Assembly (NCBI GenBank): GCA_044892505.1
Contig: CM097882.1
Location: 449,252,001-449,316,000 of the forward strand
Direction of reading: 5' to 3'
Length of the DNA: 64,000 nucleotides
Source: Schmidtea nova
Taxonomy: Eukaryota
Position 1 is the first letter of the stretch, and the number at the start of each line of letters is the position of its first letter. The notes beneath the pieces are model-generated. The model saw nothing but the letters and a program-made list of their open reading frames with translations, had not been told where the DNA came from and did no database searches. Made by a program: the position numbers and the translations under genes. Positions 26,401 to 38,226 of this stretch are shown here, in pieces.

Positions 26401-26732
26401 TCATAGAGATCTCCCCCATCACCGAGCTCCAATATTAAATATAATTTTGTCGATGTATCTATGACTTCATACAATCTCACAACATTTGGATGCTGGACTA
26501 ATTTCATACACATCACTTCGGAAAATAAATGCTCTCGGGATTGGATGTCTAATTTTGTTTTGTCTATAACTTTTATTGCCACTTTTTCACCGGTAAATGC
26601 ATGTTTTGCTTCTTTGACTACAGCATAATGACCTTTACCTATTGTACTACCAATATTATAAAGTCCAGCTATTTTATCATTATCGGAATTCATAATCGAT
26701 TTTTTGATGCATGAAAAACTATTTAGGTCCAT
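23409..26732 (-). CDS. SNRK: SNF-related serine/threonine kinase (AMPK-related family) with UBA domain and a long Ser-rich tail; coding sequence intronless
   Basis: [100 protein letters not shown] are SNRK-diagnostic. The activation-loop Thr (LKB1 site) is present, followed by the UBA-like [13 protein letters not shown]...[16 protein letters not shown]. Confidence 0.97.
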   Translation of the reverse strand: MDLNSFSCIKKSIMNSDNDKIAGLYNIGSTIGKGHYAVVKEAKHAFTGEKVAIKVIDKTKLDIQSREHLFSEVMCMKLVQHPNVVRLYEVIDTSTKLYLILELGDGGDLYDYIMKFENGLPEIKAKRYFRQIVQAIAYCHNLHVVHRDLKPENVVFFEKVELVKLTDFGFSNKFVPGKTLDTSCGSLAYSAPEILLGDAYDAPKVDIWSLGVILYMLVCGHLPFEEANDSETLSKIMDCKYELPLHLSDSCKNLIKKMLVREPENRSCLEEILLDKWLEYENESNYVLDSFSVPLISQEHLTVEEHVEILTKMSEGNLASVEEIQSILDRNEYSYISATYFLLAERKLKRRYFENYCKMKLLEMEKETILLQSSQEIDEEALVNLSPSALQKQTNISPITETNEDRIRRFSMILEDEEDEAEEEELDAMISLASVREELELTVPKFEVSSQSGISAPFPSRCCSRLSDSIDQETPESELNNNSRFSTFRQQFTTRNRCRSAIYNRRSLIYSSHSLSSIPSFSQLLNNIHEENNSNCRPAPSHAISPQKSSSNKLSIIPRFQRNFSAQFNRRTNSISSDDNFYYLTKHRVSLPSAHVPAIQATGHTSKKRCSYPALFNLSTAAVSCGNSTLSHSHSSSDLSDNELSILRGFSERKFVAVPKSFSNNNNNSSNKHFYSKFVNLKPHTPELMMSNSSIDSDGSFATSTGTAGTLGSGPKLFCSTNRRLRIKSGRSRPSSMGATMGTPFDDFQSIMCGGVSSQIISEEQIPIGGNNTHNNDNDYGNDNASSSQVSNGPLASSPTVASMTMHRDICAPIHEEEELIRSRSYIDKETSLDNVVCGGGGGGFVGGTGRGSYRSVSVDCRRKSESADGTPSKWMPITGGGIINRSFVATSSSTKRQANAPITVPLQSAHKLNSHSLSSQLTQSNFSLSSFASSLRDSKAMMNLVRGAFELQCMANKIKTDSTRSNYYSGNDRYRSDGGVVSASATVSGRESRCEYASVTSLPIGNKSLHSPDDSESLLVGKKNREESLLAAANMKSRAVGVDSKNGGKISGHRHSADHIDYSNNNNSNNTTGKSVTGFTNTNPFIRAGSNMSRKARFILSCCRTS

Positions 26733-29489
26733 TCAATCTAAAACCACGTTATTCAAAAATAAATTTATCAGTTTTATAAAGTAATAGAAAATTAAATATT
26801 ATACCTTAAAAAGTTAAATAAATATACAGATAAATATTTTAATCAAATTAAAAAATAATATCAAATTTATAAAAGTTTTCATATATTTAAACAATTTAAA
26901 TGTAGCAGAATTAAGGATTACAATTTTGAAAAAAAATATTAATCTTTATTTTTCTCTCAGTTTTTGATAAATAAAGTCAAATATTAACGTTTTAAAATAA
27001 AACCAATTTATAAATTTAGAGGCTAAAGCTTTTGATCTTCATTTTCAATAATAGAACTCATTTTTACACTTTTGCAGACAGAACTTTTATGAAAATCTAC
27101 GAGAAATACGATTTGTGTTTTTACATTATTTGCTTAAACTTTGGCGTTATTACAAATTTATTATTAATTATTTGCTTTCTTAAGAGCTAGGCAATTTATA
27201 GTGGTGGTTACTGGTAGTCAACAAAATATAAAACTATAACACTTTGGATCTTCGTTTATTACAATAATAAACCTCATATTTTCATTTGCCACTTTAAACT
27301 CGTTGCTAAGCAACTATGCCACTGTAAATATTTATGGGTTGTTGACAGTCAATATGACTTTGACTGTTACTTTGGCCACTGGTGGGTTGTTGACCGTCAA
27401 TCTTATACTGATATTATACAATTTGATGTAAATAAATTCAAAACTATAAATAAAATATTCATATGCGTCTTTGAATACTATATCGCACTTCAAAAAAATG
27501 TAATAGGATCCTAGACGTTAATTATTTTGAACAGACCTTGTGTTTGGCCAACCCACTACTCCTCATATAGCCAGATATGAGATGAAGCGTTTTTGGATGT
27601 TTGCACTCACTTCGATGAAAAAAATGGATCAGAACACTGGAAGGATTCCAGCGAACTGATGATTTACCAAAGCGACTAATGACGGTAAAACGACTAGGTT
27701 GACCATCATCAGACGTATGGAAGTAGTTTTAATGAGACAAAATATAAATATGCATATAAATAAATAAATGGATAATAATATAATGATGTTAATTTTTGAG
27801 AAAAAGTGGCCAAAGTAAAAATTTAAAAAAATTAAATATAAAATTATAATTTTCCAAAAGTGATAAATACACATTTAACCATATAAATAATACATTATTA
27901 ATATTCGAATGAAATTGAAAATCAAACAAAATACCAACGGCAGGGTAACAAAGGCATGATTTTGCTAGCCTGTATAACATAAAATTCATGATCCTTAGAT
28001 AATCAAATGGCTTCTCCGCTTGATTCTGATGCTACTTCTGGAAATCTTTCGAGGGGTTCGCATTCCGAAAATTCTCTCAAACGATTTTAAGCAAAGTTTT
28101 CTCTTAAAATTTTACCCTTAAAAACGTTTCAAAATTTTTAACAACAAAATTCCGGAATATTCAGAGCAAATTCTGATAGCTTCCATTATGATGGCGGTAT
28201 ATATAGTTGCTCAAATTGTTATTTTCGTTGATGCATTAGAACAAATTGTTCTAGAAGGAATTTTTGATTCTTTCGAAATTAGTTTTAATAATTTTACTCA
28301 AAATTGAATTATTATTTTTGCATACAATTTTAAATAAACCTTAAATAATTTATTTTTGATCTAAAATTTTATTTTTAAATCAAAGTTTTTCCGAATTTAA
28401 TTAATTTATCATAATTTTTAACTAAAACAATTTTCTTTCAAATTTTTTGAATTTTTACACTAAAAATCAAAAATGTTCTTCAGAAAAGATGTTAATTTTT
28501 TCTAGTGTGTTATATTATTACACAATTGATGTTTTTATGATATATATATATATAGGTTTTTCATGTGTATATTTAATGCGCTTTTGTTCATTTTAATTTT
28601 TAAATGTATTATATTTAATTATTTATGTGTTTTGTTATTACTGTGTTTTACTTAGTGTTTTACCTCATGAAATTTTAAATATACTTCTTGCGCGTTGGAG
28701 CATCTGAATTTGCTTCTGCACATTGGCAGTTTTCTCTGCATTGGTCCACGAAGCCACGAAAAATATCATAAAATCCAGAAATCTAAGTAATTTTGATGGT
28801 CTTGAAACTGCAATAGCTGCTGATAATGACAAAATATCTACATCTGATTGTAACGGGTATTTTTCTCATATGAGACAATTTGTTGTAAAAGGATTATTAA
28901 GAGAAAAGTTCTAATCATTGTAAATATCATTAAAATATGTTTCTTTATAGTTTTATTTAATCTTACATTTACACACACATATATAGTTTTAATATCTATA
29001 CTATAAAGTGAAATATCTTACTTTAAAGTAATTACATTATATTAAACTATTATTTATTTATTTGAGATAGTTATTTTTTTATTTAAGATAAATATTTATT
29101 TAACTGAAAAACCCTATAAATAAATATATCAAAATCTTTACTACTACATTATAAATAAATTGATGTTGAATTAATTATTATTAATATATTTAATAAAGAT
29201 TAGTGAATAATATCAATAAATCTTTGTTTATTTTGTTGTTTTAATTATTTTTTAACAAAGGCCTAATAAAAAGAAGTGTTCGAATTTCCAAATTTAACGA
29301 TATCAATTTAGATTTTAAATAGCTCTAATTATTTCAAAAGTGACCTTAACTTCATCGGTAATTAAAATTTACTTATTTTAAAGTTTTTTCGCACTGATTT
29401 TGATTAATTTCAATTCTGGATACACTTGATAAACGTCTGATAAATACATTTAAGTTTTTAAGATTTTTCTTGATGAATTAATTTAGACA

Positions 29490-29675
29490 ATGTCGATAAC
29501 CATACATTATGATAAATGCGAACTGGAGCTGATTGACTCCAAAAATATTGTTACGGATTTTGAAGGCGAGATAGAAAATAAGCAGATTTGCATTAAAATT
29601 TCTAATAAGCCTAATGTTGTGTGGTTGAAATGGAAAGGAAAAGTAAATGGATTGGCATGTATTGGGTGTGAATTA
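29490..29675 (+). CDS. Candidate first coding exon of an unidentified gene, divergent from SNRK
   Basis: ATG-started 62-codon frame with globular-looking composition (MSITIHYDKCELEL...WLKWKGKVNGLACIGCEL) ending at a perfect tta|GTAAGT donor. Downstream exons not resolved. Confidence 0.4.
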
Positions 29676-30685
29676 GTAAGTTTATTCCTTTTATTCGATG
29701 GATAATTAAGATATTATTATGTCGACACTTGCTCCGTAATTACTATTAAAATTAAGTCAATTTTTTAATTATAGAAAATATTTTTAGAATGTTTCAGTTA
29801 GCTGCATTAATTATATGTTAAATCCATTTATAATTGTCCATCTTTAGAGAAATGAATTTCTATAAAACATCACACTTTTACTAAAGGAGATTCATTGGCT
29901 TATAAATGTTATTGTTAATCGCTTCTATTCCACGGTTATTATTTTCAATTTAATAGAGCCGAACTTCGTCATTGGGAAATATATTTTGGTTCTGAATTAA
30001 GAAAATAACTCATTTGTAATAAATTCAAAGGAAGAATTTAAATTTTCGACTCCTAAAGTAAATTCCAGGTTCCGTTTTGAATTTCTAAAACTTGAAAATT
30101 TGCATTTTTTAATTATAACTTTTGAATTTTGTTGATTGTACTCATCCTTGATTAGTTGAATCTTTCGACCTCAGCAGATTTTTATACTTCTCCATCGTCG
30201 CTGTTGCCCTTAATATGTTGGTTCTTAATCGTCTTTTGCTTGAATTAAATTACCTAATTCTTTATCACTTATTTAAAAAAACATCCAACTAATTTTTTAG
30301 TTAATAAGATTTTATATTGCTTCATGTACATATGATATTCACAATTAATTGAATTTAAGAACTTAAAAATAATAATTATTATAAAATGGTGGTTTCCAGG
30401 TGCAAATATTAAAACATAAATAACAAAGTAAGCTAAGTATTATTGAGTAACAATTTTCAAATAATAATCGTAGATGCCACCTAATAAAACTTAATAAAGT
30501 TATTTATTTTTTAATATTATTATTATTTGATGAATTAATTTGTTTCTTGGATATTTTTTGGTAATTGGTATCTTTAGATACTTAAATTCCCTTAATATTT
30601 TCCTTTTTACTTTTACATACGTAAATCTAAAAAATAAGCATATATATTTATCATAATGGGTAATATTCATTTATGCATAATATTA

Positions 30686-31320
30686 CCGTAGATACTCAAG
30701 TATACCGTGAGGTTTTTGTGATACAAAATTAGATAAAAACTTGTGGATCGCGTTTTATTCGCGTTATTCTGTGAATGAATGTAACCTCAACTCCTAAACG
30801 TTTTTACAGTTTTATTTCTACGGTGTCTCGAATATAATTGGATCCACAAGTTTTATCTAATTTTGTGTCACAAAAACCTCGCGGTATACTCGAGTATCTA
30901 CGGCAGGGTTTCTTAAACTATGGGTCGCGACCTCAAATGGGGTCGCTTAGCAAAATCCCGGGGTCTCGATATTTTAATGTAAAATATTTAAAAACCCGAA
31001 TTTATAAAATCTAGATTAGTATTTGTGACAAAATTTTTATTTGTTATTACAAAAAATGCAATTTTGATGAAAAACAGGGCATATAATTTTTGTAACTATA
31101 GTAAATACAGTTTTACAACTTTTTGTGAAATTTTTAATTTTTGTATGTTTTTAAACAAATAGTAAAACTATTTTTTCATATGTATGTATATTGTTACATA
31201 ATCAATAAATCATCACATAATATTAATATCTTTCTTTTATATTTATATGGGGTCGCTAAAAAACTCACCATCATAAATGGGGTCGTGAATGAATAAAGTT
31301 TAAGCAGCCCTGATCTACGG
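30686..31320. mobile_element. Tc1/mariner-type MITE with long TIRs, hosting a hAT MITE
   Basis: ta|ccgtagatactcaagtataccgtgaggtttttgtgatacaaaattagataaaaacttgtggatc and its near-perfect reverse complement (30841-30903 and 31313-31320)|ta. Confidence 0.8.
30904..31312. mobile_element. hAT-Charlie MITE
   Basis: TIRs cagggtttcttaaact / agtttaagcagccctg, ggggtcgc subterminal repeats and a perfect 8-bp TSD atctacgg. Confidence 0.92.
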
Positions 31321-31399
31321 TAATACAGATTAAGGTTAGGGTTAGGGGTTTGCGCAATGAACTTTCTGAACTTAATAATAATTCTGAACTTTCTTTTGG

Positions 31400-31863
31400 A
31401 AATAACTGTTTCATCAATTTAAAACATTAATTCAAAATATTTGTCATTTATAAATAAATTTTCCAAATCCTACTTGTATTCCATCAGAAGATACATTATT
31501 GTTCGCCGGAAAATTGTCAGAAAGACTATAGTTTGCAAAAAGATTAAAAAATATTGAAATTGCACCACTTTTTGAAAATCAAAGTATTCAGACATCATTG
31601 TCACTACAAGAAGAATTGGATATTTTGCTGCAAAAGGAAAAACGATGAATTCAAATGACTAAAACAAGAATTTATATTATTTAGAAATACTAGCAAAAGA
31701 ACTGAAAATTTGTTCGAGGCATTTCTTACAATTAAACCGACATCTATAGACGTTGACCGCGTATTTTCGATATCAACAAAATTTTGTACTAAGATTCGTT
31801 CACGCCTACCTGATGAATATCTTAATTCCTCGGTGTTCCTGAAATTTCATTATAATAAATAAT
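31400..31863 (+). pseudogene. hAT transposase C-terminal remnant
   Basis: LTIKPTSIDVDRVFSISTKFCTKIRSRLPDEYLNSSVFLKFH (hAT dimerisation domain), the same family as the copies at 47.5 kb and 54.6 kb. Confidence 0.8.
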
Positions 31864-31930
31864 AGCTATTGAATTTCGGAAGTTGTATAGAAATTATAGT
31901 TTGAAATAGAAATATTTATTTTTATATTAG

Positions 31931-32503
31931 TGTTGGGGTTGTTATAAAAATCATAAAAGTAAGGAAAATAATATTAAAAGCAAAAAATACCAAGATAAAT
32001 AAAAGTGCAAAAATTAATTAAAATTTATCAACAATTTAAAATTACAATTCATTGGGGAAATGGGTATGGTTAAACGCCAAATAAAAAGACGAATTCAATA
32101 ATAATAATTAAAATTTAGTAAGGGGTCCCTAGAGAAAGCTGTATTGAAAAAACAAATTAATTAAAATTAATTAATCGATCAATTGGAAGCCTGAGACAAT
32201 GGAAAACCCGTGCGCATTAGAGACCCGGAAGATAAAAGGTGGGCGATTGCGTGAACCAATTAGGATAAAATCCCCCAGAGCGTTAGTGGGAGATGAACAG
32301 CGTAATTTGTTGTATGGACAATTAGGCCAGAGATTCTCAATTTGCTGTTGACCCAGATTTCGAAAATTACCTTCCGATAAACATATAAAAAGGGAGCTAA
32401 AAAGAAAAGGACTGCCAGTTGGTCAAATTGAGAAAACTTAAAAATATTATTGTCCGAGAGAAACTCAAAATATTACTACAAGTAGTCGAAAAGAATAAAA
32501 TTG

Positions 32504-32548
<45 letters not shown>

Positions 32549-32650
32549 TATTAATAAACCCGTTGATTTCGAATTCGAATAAAAACACTGCTTGTTCAGG
32601 GTTTCAATATCTATTAATCAACCTACTACCTTAAGCACTAAGAGAATCAC
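31931..32650 (+). mobile_element. LTR-like repeat, family 2
   Basis: Starts TGTTGGGG like the reverse complement of the 43173 end and has TATAAAAGGG near 32384. The 3' end is approximate. Confidence 0.5.
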
Positions 32651-33099
32651 TGAAGTGAAGACTCAAATTATTCAGTTATAACCAGAAATCTATTTTTATG
32701 AATTTTATAGAAATCTCGTTTATCTGAAGGTATACCGAAAGTTAGTAATAAGGAAAAACTCACTAGAGAAGCTTGCGATCTACTTCATTAACCAACGAAA
32801 CTAATGTTAATCGAAATGTGTAACCTGGTATTCAATGAAAATCTTGTCTATTTTATAAAATCCAAATTCGTAAAACTTCCATCTTAACACTTGATAGAAT
32901 TCAGTTAATTTTATTAATTTTTTTACTTGATTTAGAAATGTTGTTCAAAAATTCGAGAAAATTTAATTTGTAGTGTTATTTTTTAAAAATTAAGTATTAA
33001 AAACCCTATTTTAAAAATTTAAGATATTTTAGTTATTTTGGGTACATCACAAAACCTAATATGAAATTTAATACTAAAAGCTTAACTATATTGTTGTTG

Positions 33100-36000
33100 G
33101 TGTATTGGCGATTGAATTTATTTTTGTTAGTCAGTTGGCTAGGGAAATTGGATGTTTACACCAACACAAAAAATGAATTATCGCCGCTATGGTAGCCCTA
33201 GAATTCCCTAGAACTATCCCACGTTAGTACTGTACCATACTGTGTATATCAAGCGAGCAGGTGAGCGGCTGAGGTGGTCACTACCCTCACTTTCATATAC
33301 TCGGGTTCACGGTCGATAGAAGACCTGATTATTTCTATCCCGATTGTCCCCTTTTATCTAGTCGAAAAATGTTGCTTGAATTCCTTTGTACGTCGTAATT
33401 AATTAAAAATGAAAGCCAAGTCAATTGACAACATTCACTGAACACAAATATTGGAATTAATAGTTTTTAATAGCTGATCTTCGGACAGACCACTGAGCCA
33501 ATCCACTTGTATCGCAATCTTCTTAGCATATGCACGTCGTTCTCTGCGTCGCCTTGCTCCCATGCGGTTCCTACTTTTGGTATTCGTGCTCATTGGTGTG
33601 TCTCGTGGGGCAGACTCCGTTCGGCTAATCATCGTTAATTCGGTGACTATGGGAGCGTCCGTTTGTGCCTCTTCCCGCCGGTGTTTGGCAGATCCACTTC
33701 TCTAAGGTTATCGGATGAATCTGGACCCGCAGATGTTCCGCTATGTAGACTGAGCGTAGGCACGCCTTCAGTTCGCATCTCACGGCCGCGAGCTCAGCTG
33801 TCTGCTCATCTATAATACCCTGCATGCGTTCGATCTTTTGAAACTGGGCACGCATTTGCGAAGGAGAAAAATATTTCTTCTAAAGTAGATCGGCTTCCAG
33901 GACTTGTTTCGCTAATTTTCCCTCGAGTATTCGATTTTCTCGTTGTAATAGTTTAACTAATTGGTGGAGCTTAGAATTGGCCTTCGCGAATAATTCCATT
34001 CCTAATAAACAACAACAATTCTCATGATAACCGTAGCGCCAGTTATTAGGGGCTTCGTAATCCTTCTACAAACTCGGTCTTTCGTGTATCCCGTGCCTGG
34101 CTTGGTGACACTAGGTTTTCAACCTCTTAACCGGAAGATTCATTAGCCAAGGGTATCCCTCACTCCATACCCTTGGGATTCTAATTTATATTATGTAATA
34201 CTCGTTACCCGATGATTGAATCAAAGTATTATTTCTCCCCTCATGCTACTTGATTTATAACAACGCACAAAAACAGAAACAAAAACAGAACAAAAATAAA
34301 ATGACGAAATAGACACCCAATAATTCTGGTATTAATGATTAAATACAACGACATGATAGTCTGTCATTCCGCTCGTTAGTTTGTTGACTCATAACAAAAA
34401 ATCTGATAAGGTGTGCTTGACTTGACTTGATCACTTGGGGTAATAGGTGTTGAAGAGCAGGAGACCAGCACATTGTGGAGTGGAAGTCGAATATCTTACG
34501 GACCACGATGCTTGCTTGCCATTCGGAGTTTGGATTCCTGTCGAGCTTGAAGGGTAAATGTTTGAAGGCTAGTTCCAGGCCCGTCTTGACACAGTGAGGA
34601 GCGCATAATAGTATGAACTCTAGCTGATTAAGCTCACTAGTTGCAATGGGGTCGAAGTGGATGACCCACTTTGGTATGTTAGAGGTGTCCCGGAGCAGGA
34701 CGAACTAGCTGTATTAACGGTTGAATATTTCCTAAAAGGTAGAAACTGGCCACTGGGGCCCAACTCTACACCATAAGTCCGCGCTGCTATTGAGATTCCA
34801 GATGTTGAATGGCGCTATGGTCTTAAATTCCCTTCGCCAGCGACACATTTGAGCGTTGACGTCACGCCGGACGTCATGAAGAAGCGGTTTTATGAGTCCT
34901 AGAGTTTGGAGCCGGCAGTTGTATTCCACACTTGATTGTCGGTTAATGGAGATTGATTGTTGTCTTGATGTTGATTAAAGTTTCCCTTGCTGATGCATCA
35001 TTTCGTTTTGACAAAACTTTAAACTTAATTAGGTTGAGAATTAATATATTAAATCACAGTTTGGTAGGCTAAACACCGGAAATCGGCGAACGACGAGATT
35101 CCACACATAATAACTGAACTTTGTAATTCATTAAATGATACATAAATCACAGAGGTGTTCATGATGACTCTGACAAGGAATGCGGTGTACTTTAAATCGT
35201 ACCCATTCGTTGCCATTGATATTTAAGCTCGGGGTGTCCTTCGGCCTTTGTAACTATTTAAAAATGATGTGCGTACCTGATGTTCGCCGTCGAGTCGGCC
35301 TTATGAATAGACCTGACCAGGTGAATTTATGTTGGTTATGAGAGAAAATTGCGTTGTAAAATGGCACGAATACTACATAATTTCGATTGAAGTTTTTCTC
35401 GGAATTGGGATGCTTAGGTGCGATATTGTAAATATCTGTCAGAAATCTATACAGTTGCAAATGTCGGTTTGGGTGTTCTTACACGCTCAATTAATGTGAC
35501 GGTAACTGACTGTATGGATAACTAGGTACATCAGAGGTTTATTCTCATAACTATGCGCACACGACTGATTAGTAGCGGTCGATTCTCAGACTAATTATCA
35601 ACAAATACTGGGATGATCGTGGTTGATCTAATCGTTAGTTACTTGAAAAATAGGCTATCTTTGGATACCTCTGTTGGAAAAATATGCCTATAAATTATAA
35701 ATGTGGTACCGAGTCAACACATAACATAATTATCACGTGGAGTAAACAGATTTTTGGGTCCCTAGGCTTGGTTACAATATTCAAATTTATGAAAATATTT
35801 CGCCTGCCATGGACGCTTTTGGGTTGGCTACCAATTGTGAGTGTTCAAATTGAATGAAAATTTTGATCAACCACCATTTAACCCTTTGACTACAATTATC
35901 CGTGTCGGGTACTATGGGTTATGCTTTAGTCAAAACCGGTTTTGTTGTCCTGTTCGTTGGTCGTTGTTTTCATCGCTGTTCCCAACACATTTAGTATTGA

Positions 36001-36450
36001 CAATGATTGGTATCCTACGTGTACAAAAACGGTTGGATGGCCACGTGTAATTTATGGGGATTCTTCTTGAATAAATGTTTCGACAAAAATGGGGATGCTT
36101 TATATTTCATTAATTAAAAAAAATTTATTATTGAGATTCCCCATTTGCAATTAACTTTTATAATTTCGAAAATGTGTTTGAATACCTATGTGCAATCACC
36201 CCTTCTCTCCCGAATTTGGTTCTATGTCACCGAATCGGCCTATTTCGAAGGATCACGACCGAGAGGCCAGCGACCCTGTGGTCAGAAACCACTAAGGCCC
36301 ATCTTACAGATTTTCCCCTGGGGTATCATGAGGGGTTACTCACAATAGTATATATCAAAACACAAATGTAATATAAAATACCTTTTATTGTTTCACAAAA
36401 TTTGCTGGTAATAAGTACAATGATAACTAAAATTCTGCTCTACATTGATC
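33100..36450 (-). mobile_element. Uncharacterised multi-ORF repeat, copy B
   Basis: ORF-X about 33990-33435 (one stop, one frameshift) and ORF-Y about 34930-34350. The 5' box (36186-36268) is the inverted homologue of 38966-39055. The 3' box is at 33255-33310. Confidence 0.7.
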
Positions 36451-36949
36451 TAAGGATGTATTTATACCAGTTTAGCATTTAATCCAACCAATCAGAATGT
36501 GTCTACCGTCTGTTAAATGTTAATTCTTTTTATTTATATTATCATTAGTATTCTTGAAAATTTATGTTGGTTTGTTATTTTATTAATATATTTCTATTTT
36601 ATTATTGTTTATTCTACTGTTTTCGGTTGGTTTGCTTAGCCATACATTGTATAAAAACGCCCTAAAAAGAATTACGTGAAACGAAGATATTAAAACGATA
36701 TAAAAATAAATTCTGATGATTCTTATTTGTCATGTCTACATCAAGAAATGTTGAAATTCCCATCATAAAATGTGCGAATACAAATAAATAATTTCTATTG
36801 ATAAATTTCATTGCAATATAAATTGAGCAATCAAAAGCCGATATTTGTGAGGGTTGCTGACCTGAATTCTTAAATAAATCACATATAGTACGATTTTTAT
36901 AAACTCCTTAACCAATCTAATAGGGGATTACTGAAAATTTATCTTGGTA

Positions 36950-38226
36950 ATATAATGGAAGATTTTAATGCGAAATTATCATAAAAAGGGGATAAAAGGG
37001 GAATTTAAGATTTCAGAATTGCGCGTAGTTCGGGTAACATCCGTTGCTTAGATACAAAGGCCGTGGAACATCTTTTAAAATTATAAAATTAAATTTTAAT
37101 TTTAAGTTTGCGTTTTTAAATTAAATAACTTAAAATTCTTAATTTTCCTGGAAAATTTTTAAATCAAACTTGATAGCAAAATTTATAAACTAAAAATTTA
37201 CTCCAAGAATCGCGATAACTAAAAGAATACCGCCCAAAATAGAGTTTTATCCAATTTTCATTGATCCCTGCTTGTGGAGCTAGAATCAATCGTTAAAATT
37301 AGGAGTGTAAATTTTAAGCTGACAATTAAATTCTTCAAAATAACTCCTGAGATCCTAAGTTTATTTTCGCCTAGAATTTACCATAGAGCGTAACATAAAA
37401 GTAGCAACAATAAGACAATATTTGAATTCAGGAAATTCCGAGTTAATTCCCATTAAATTTGATGAAGGTTTCTAACCCGAATAAATGTTCCGAATTGGGT
37501 CGGAAAAGAAGATTGTTTTGTGGAAATAATTATAGAATTGTGAGGCTGATGTGGAAAATTACGAACGTGTGAATAAACGAAGAGAAAATTGAATTTTGCG
37601 TGCATATTTTTGAAATTCTAGATGACGGGATCAAGATTGGACGAAATATTTTTGTTATCATTTATTAGACTAATATTCAATATCTCTTTATACTGAAATA
37701 ACAAATCCGCGTGGATTCTGAGAAAAACATTCGACATTCGATTTTTACTTCAAGTTATACCATGATTTAGAGAATCAGAAAGTTAATATGCGGCAAACGG
37801 GTTTGATTACAAAATTTGTTTTGCAAGAAATCTTTTAGCGTTTTCAGTAAGGTAACGCCTAACGATCGAAGGGAATTATAAATTTTGTTTTCTTGGAATT
37901 AAATGTTTGATGACCACAAAAGAGGGGAATCGATAAATGTGTGTAATTAAATTCAATAACCATTTCATATGACGGAAGCGAAAATAGATGAGGTTTTTGA
38001 GGTGCTCAAAGGATGACGGTCCAAAATGTCCGGCGAATGAGTTTCCGCTTATCAGATATGTAAAAAGAGAAAAAGCTCCTGGACAAAATTTAAGGTCATG
38101 ACGATCAGATTGGAAAAATTCAGATCTCAGCCGGTCGATGGAGGCCACCTGACAAACGTAGAAGACACCGAAAAGTTAAAGAAACAAATTCAATTACTAC
38201 GCTCACTGTTTGCGTATGTCTACTCA
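36950..38226 (+). mobile_element. Uncharacterised multi-ORF repeat, partial copy D
   Basis: gaagggaattataaattttg, tttgaggtgctcaaaggatga and IPIKFD match gagggaaataaattttg, tttgggtgctcaagggtga and IPIRSD in copy C (39800-40170). Confidence 0.5.

Noticed and set aside
27655-27705. CUGAUGA with a 6-bp stem as another hammerhead
   Set aside because: Lacks the GAAA core guanine and has no stem I.
28690-28915. Coding-looking island between SNRK and the 29490 exon
   Set aside because: Short frames on both strands with no motif; cannot assign.
31331-31348. Telomere-like (TTAGGG) run
   Set aside because: Only about two units at a transposon junction; too short to call an interstitial telomere.
32397-32634. 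IYIYIY ORFs here and at 57972-58213
   Set aside because: Translations of (AT)n microsatellites inside LTRs.
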